Source of the DNA: Acidobacteriota bacterium
GTDB taxonomy: Bacteria > Acidobacteriota > UBA6911 > RPQK01 > JADFOI01
Length of the DNA: 64,000 nt
Reading direction: 5' to 3'
NCBI GenBank assembly: GCA_963663035.1
Contig: OY760074.1
Coordinates: forward strand, 128,001 to 192,000
Shown here: in pieces, positions 60,954 to 64,000 of the stretch
Layout of the letters: each line of letters begins with the position of its first letter
How positions within the stretch are numbered: the first letter of the stretch is position 1
Translations under genes and position numbers: made by a program
Notes under the pieces: model-generated
What the model was told of the DNA's origin: nothing
The model's input: the letters and a program-made list of their open reading frames with translations, nothing else
Database searches by the model: none

Positions 60954-63107
60954 TCAAAAGTCAAAGACATAGGTGAGCTTGGCGATGAGTGCCCTTTCCC
61001 TGACCTCGCCGTCGGTGGCGCGGCTCTCGTTGTAGACCAGGAAGAGATCGCTCAGGGGCTTGTGTATGAAATTGAAGCGAATGTTGCTGGTAATCTCCTT
61101 CACGGTGCTGTTGTACTGGATCAGCGCGTTCAAGAACATGCGGGGGCTAAAGGAGTAGTTGATGCGGCTGGTGACCAGATCGGTGGAGAAATTGCCCGAG
61201 GGCAGATCCACGTCGTTGTGTCTCCAGGAAAGGTTGGTTGTGAACTGGTGGGTAGGCCGGAAGATCAGGCCGGCGGTGTAGGTGTCCTGGTCGCCGTCAA
61301 AGAACTCCCCGATTCTCAGGTTGATGCTGCCACTGAACATGCGGCTCCTGTCGCTGGAAAGATTGGCCGCAATCTCGTCAAACACGTAGTCACCCACCGC
61401 GACGTCCTGAGTGGAGAGGATGGAAAAGGGCTCGTCCAGTCGTTCAAACCGAACCCGGTGTGTGAGCCCGAATAAGGATCCGTTCTGAAAGTCAATGGAG
61501 AGTGTCTGATCGAAGTTTTTGGTCTCTACCCGGTTGTCCTGATTCGTGATGTACTCGATTCCGGTGGAGGGCCTGACCTCCCGAATCCAGGGGATTCGCT
61601 CTTCCGGTCGGAACTTGATGGTAAAGGCCCCGCGGCTTTTTCTGATGCCCCGGCGGGGTACGAACCCCACTTCTGGATTGAAATTTTCTTCAATAGAGAG
61701 ATAGTCCCCCTGAATGTTATAGCGCTGGTCCTCCCATCCCACGAAAATATTGCCTGCTTTGTCCTTCCCCGCTAGTCCCGAAGTATCGGTCTTTAGAAAG
61801 AAGGAAGCGATTTCCAGGTATCGCATGAAGCGTAGATGGGTGTCCACGCCGTAGGTTCGGTTGTGTTCGCTGCCGGCCTGTTTGTAGATGAAGATGCCAC
61901 CCACATCGGAGCTGTTGAAGATGTCTCTGCGAACCCGGGCCACCGAAAAATTGGTGGAAAGGGTCTCTTCAAATTCATCGGTCTGAATGGAGAGTAAGCC
62001 TATTCGATATTGACCGACCCTGCCTGTGAGGCGAGTTCCTCCCAGGATCGGTACCGCCTGGCCCCCGGAGAGGCCGATGCGGCGACTGAAAAAAGCAATC
62101 AGGTCGCGGTTCCCGGACCCGGGCCCCCGGCCCGTCCTTTTCACCTGAAACAGGGCCGCATTTTCCAGAAAAAACTCCCGCTTCTCTGGAAAAAACAGCG
62201 AGAATCGGGTCAGGTTGATCTGCTGCTGATCCGCCTCCACTTGGGAGAAGTCCGTGTTCACCGTGGCATCCAGGGCCAGGCCCGTCGTCACTCCGTATTT
62301 CAAATCCAGCCCCACATCGGGAGTGAAATCCACGTCATCCCCCTCCCTACGGACAACAGGAGAGGAAATGTAGGGTTTCACGTAGAGACTCTTGCCCTGG
62401 CGAATTCCGGAGAGCCCGTTCAGTTCCCCGGCCATCGAGACCCGGTAGGTTGCATAGGGCCTGGGTATGGCTGACCAGTGGGTGGACTCGTTTTTGCGGC
62501 GGATTCTGCGGCCAAAATTCAACCCCCACACCTGTTGCTCCTGGTCGCGGAAACGAAAGGTGCGGAAGGGGATGGCTATTTCCGCCTGCCACCCCAGCTC
62601 GGTGATTTGGGTTTTCACATACCAGATACCATCCCAGTCATAGTTTCTCGTCTCACCGTCTCCGGTAATCTGGCCATCCCGCATGGCTCCCCCCGGGTTG
62701 GTAGAGAGTGAGAAGCCATTGCGATTGTCATCAAAGGTGTCAAAGACCATGGTGAAGTGATCAGTGTCGCGGGGAGGATAATCTCTGGCCAGAGTGCTCA
62801 GGGTGACCCCTTCCCGGCCTAAAGAGTCAAAACAGTACACTCCTAGATACAGGTTCTCGTCATCGTAAAGGATCCGTACCTCGGTCCTCTCGGTACTGGG
62901 CTCACCGGTTCTGGGCTCGTTCTGAATAAAATCGGCGGCGGGCTCTGCCAGGCTCCAGGCCGCCTCGTCCAAATTTCCGTCGATGACAATGGGGGATTCA
63001 ACATGAAGGGCCGTGACCTTCCGATCTGTGTTCTGGGCCATGGAAGCCTGGGTCCAGCAGCACAGAGCCAGGGCAGTTCCCACCAGCCGGTAGACTCTCC
63101 CTGGCAA
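60954..63107 (-). CDS. CBM9-like + DUF5916-like outer-membrane protein, copy A (start uncertain)
   Basis: Tandem paralog of copy B; the upstream ATG extension runs through a MITE remnant. Confidence 0.83.
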   Translation of the reverse strand: MPGRVYRLVGTALALCCWTQASMAQNTDRKVTALHVESPIVIDGNLDEAAWSLAEPAADFIQNEPRTGEPSTERTEVRILYDDENLYLGVYCFDSLGREGVTLSTLARDYPPRDTDHFTMVFDTFDDNRNGFSLSTNPGGAMRDGQITGDGETRNYDWDGIWYVKTQITELGWQAEIAIPFRTFRFRDQEQQVWGLNFGRRIRRKNESTHWSAIPRPYATYRVSMAGELNGLSGIRQGKSLYVKPYISSPVVRREGDDVDFTPDVGLDLKYGVTTGLALDATVNTDFSQVEADQQQINLTRFSLFFPEKREFFLENAALFQVKRTGRGPGSGNRDLIAFFSRRIGLSGGQAVPILGGTRLTGRVGQYRIGLLSIQTDEFEETLSTNFSVARVRRDIFNSSDVGGIFIYKQAGSEHNRTYGVDTHLRFMRYLEIASFFLKTDTSGLAGKDKAGNIFVGWEDQRYNIQGDYLSIEENFNPEVGFVPRRGIRKSRGAFTIKFRPEERIPWIREVRPSTGIEYITNQDNRVETKNFDQTLSIDFQNGSLFGLTHRVRFERLDEPFSILSTQDVAVGDYVFDEIAANLSSDRSRMFSGSINLRIGEFFDGDQDTYTAGLIFRPTHQFTTNLSWRHNDVDLPSGNFSTDLVTSRINYSFSPRMFLNALIQYNSTVKEITSNIRFNFIHKPLSDLFLVYNESRATDGEVRERALIAKLTYVFDF

Positions 63108-63125
63108 GAGGTTCCCTTGCGACTT

Positions 63126-63157
63126 CACTGCGGTAGAAAAGTTTTGCATAATCCCGG
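63126..63157. mobile_element. Solo end of MITE family A
   Basis: CACTGCGGTAGAAAAGTTTTGCATAATCCCGG matches one family A terminus. Confidence 0.65.
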
Positions 63158-63206
63158 CCAAAGCGCCCAATTGTAGCGCAGGGAAGCTGACAAAGTGTAG
63201 GCCGCT

Positions 63207-63782
63207 CTATGAGCGGCCCCTACATTCGCGATATCGAAAGCAACTGACCAGATGGTCATTCACCATGCCCACGGCTTGCATGTGAGCATACATAATAGTG
63301 CTGCCCACAAACTTGAAACCTCTCTTCTTCAGATCCTTGCTGAGAGCCTCGGACTCCGGTGAAGTCGCCGGTATGTCGGCCATGGTCTTCCGTCGATTCT
63401 GGATGGGCTTGCCTTTCACAAAGCTCCAGATGTAGGTATCGAAGCTGCCGAACTCTCTCTGCAGGTCCAGAAAAGCCCGCGCGTTATTGACTGCGGAAAC
63501 GATCTTGAGGCGATTCCGAATGATTTCTGGATTGCCAATCAGGGTTTCGATCTTCTCTTCACTGAAGCGAGCGACTTTCTCCGGGTCGAAGCTGGCAAAG
63601 GCCTTGCGGTACCCCTCCCTCTTTTTGAGCACCGTCAACCAACTCAGTCCAGCCTGGGCACCCTCCAGAATGAGAAACTCAAACTGTTTGAAGTCATCGT
63701 GGAGAGGGACTCCCCACTCGGTATCGTGGTACTCCCGATACAGGTCACCTCCGGTTTCTGCCCAGGCACATCGCTGTTGAAT
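63207..63782 (-). CDS. tag: DNA-3-methyladenine glycosylase I
   Basis: RCAW, YHDTEWG, LEGAQAGLSW, IIRNRLKI, GFKFVG, NDHLVSC; apparent ATT start after AAGGAG. Confidence 0.92.
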   Translation of the reverse strand: MQQRCAWAETGGDLYREYHDTEWGVPLHDDFKQFEFLILEGAQAGLSWLTVLKKREGYRKAFASFDPEKVARFSEEKIETLIGNPEIIRNRLKIVSAVNNARAFLDLQREFGSFDTYIWSFVKGKPIQNRRKTMADIPATSPESEALSKDLKKRGFKFVGSTIMYAHMQAVGMVNDHLVSCFRYRECRGRS

Positions 63783-63887
63783 TGTAGATTCTCCTTTTCT
63801 CGTGCAATCGTATCTTAAAAGATTTTCGTCCCCTACTCCTGTCCCCTTGAAATCGCTTGGTCCGCTCGGCTATCCTCAGAGCTGATT

Positions 63888-64000
63888 ATGAAAGATATCC
63901 TGCAGCTACTGGATGAGCCCGGTACCACCATTGCCATCGTAGGTGCTACCGAGGATCCTTCCAAGTATGGATACGTGATCTATAAGGATCTGAAGCTGAA
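63888..64000 (+). CDS. CoA-binding protein (YccU-like), 3' truncated by window edge
   Basis: MKDILQLLDEPGTTIAIVGATEDPSKYGYVIY. Confidence 0.75.
   Translation, partial: MKDILQLLDEPGTTIAIVGATEDPSKYGYVIYKDLKL

Noticed and set aside
52106-63107. Tandem paralogs as DGR template/variable repeats
   Set aside because: Differences span whole genes, include many synonymous changes, and are not adenine-specific

Overview
GC-rich (~57-60% by eye) bacterial chromosomal window, most likely Acidobacteriota (Acidobacteria-style VWA protein, Hanks kinases with TPR or beta-propeller tails, many exported hydrolases). No rRNA, tRNA, CRISPR array or prophage was seen. It holds about 50 mostly metabolic or envelope genes, including five Amidohydro_3-type genes (three in tandem), two amidases, IorAB-like molybdoenzyme genes and a tandem DUF5916-like pair. 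Items the ORF track misses: (1) a probable selenoprotein (W-U-P-Y-C redoxin fused to a DsbD-N-like domain, in-frame TGA plus SECIS-like hairpin, 7618-8760 minus); (2) an intact IS1380 with a CTAG duplication splitting a homocysteine S-methyltransferase gene, plus two related MITE families that share a core, carry different hairpin cargo, and in one family have TIRs matching that IS1380; (3) a kinase whose 5' end is duplicated around shuffled IS1380 fragments; (4) a tag glycosylase gene that seems to start at ATT; (5) a sigma54 promoter with IHF site and upstream palindrome; (6) a cluster of gene lesions at 19.7-30.6 kb. Product calls come from motif recognition only; no database search was run.
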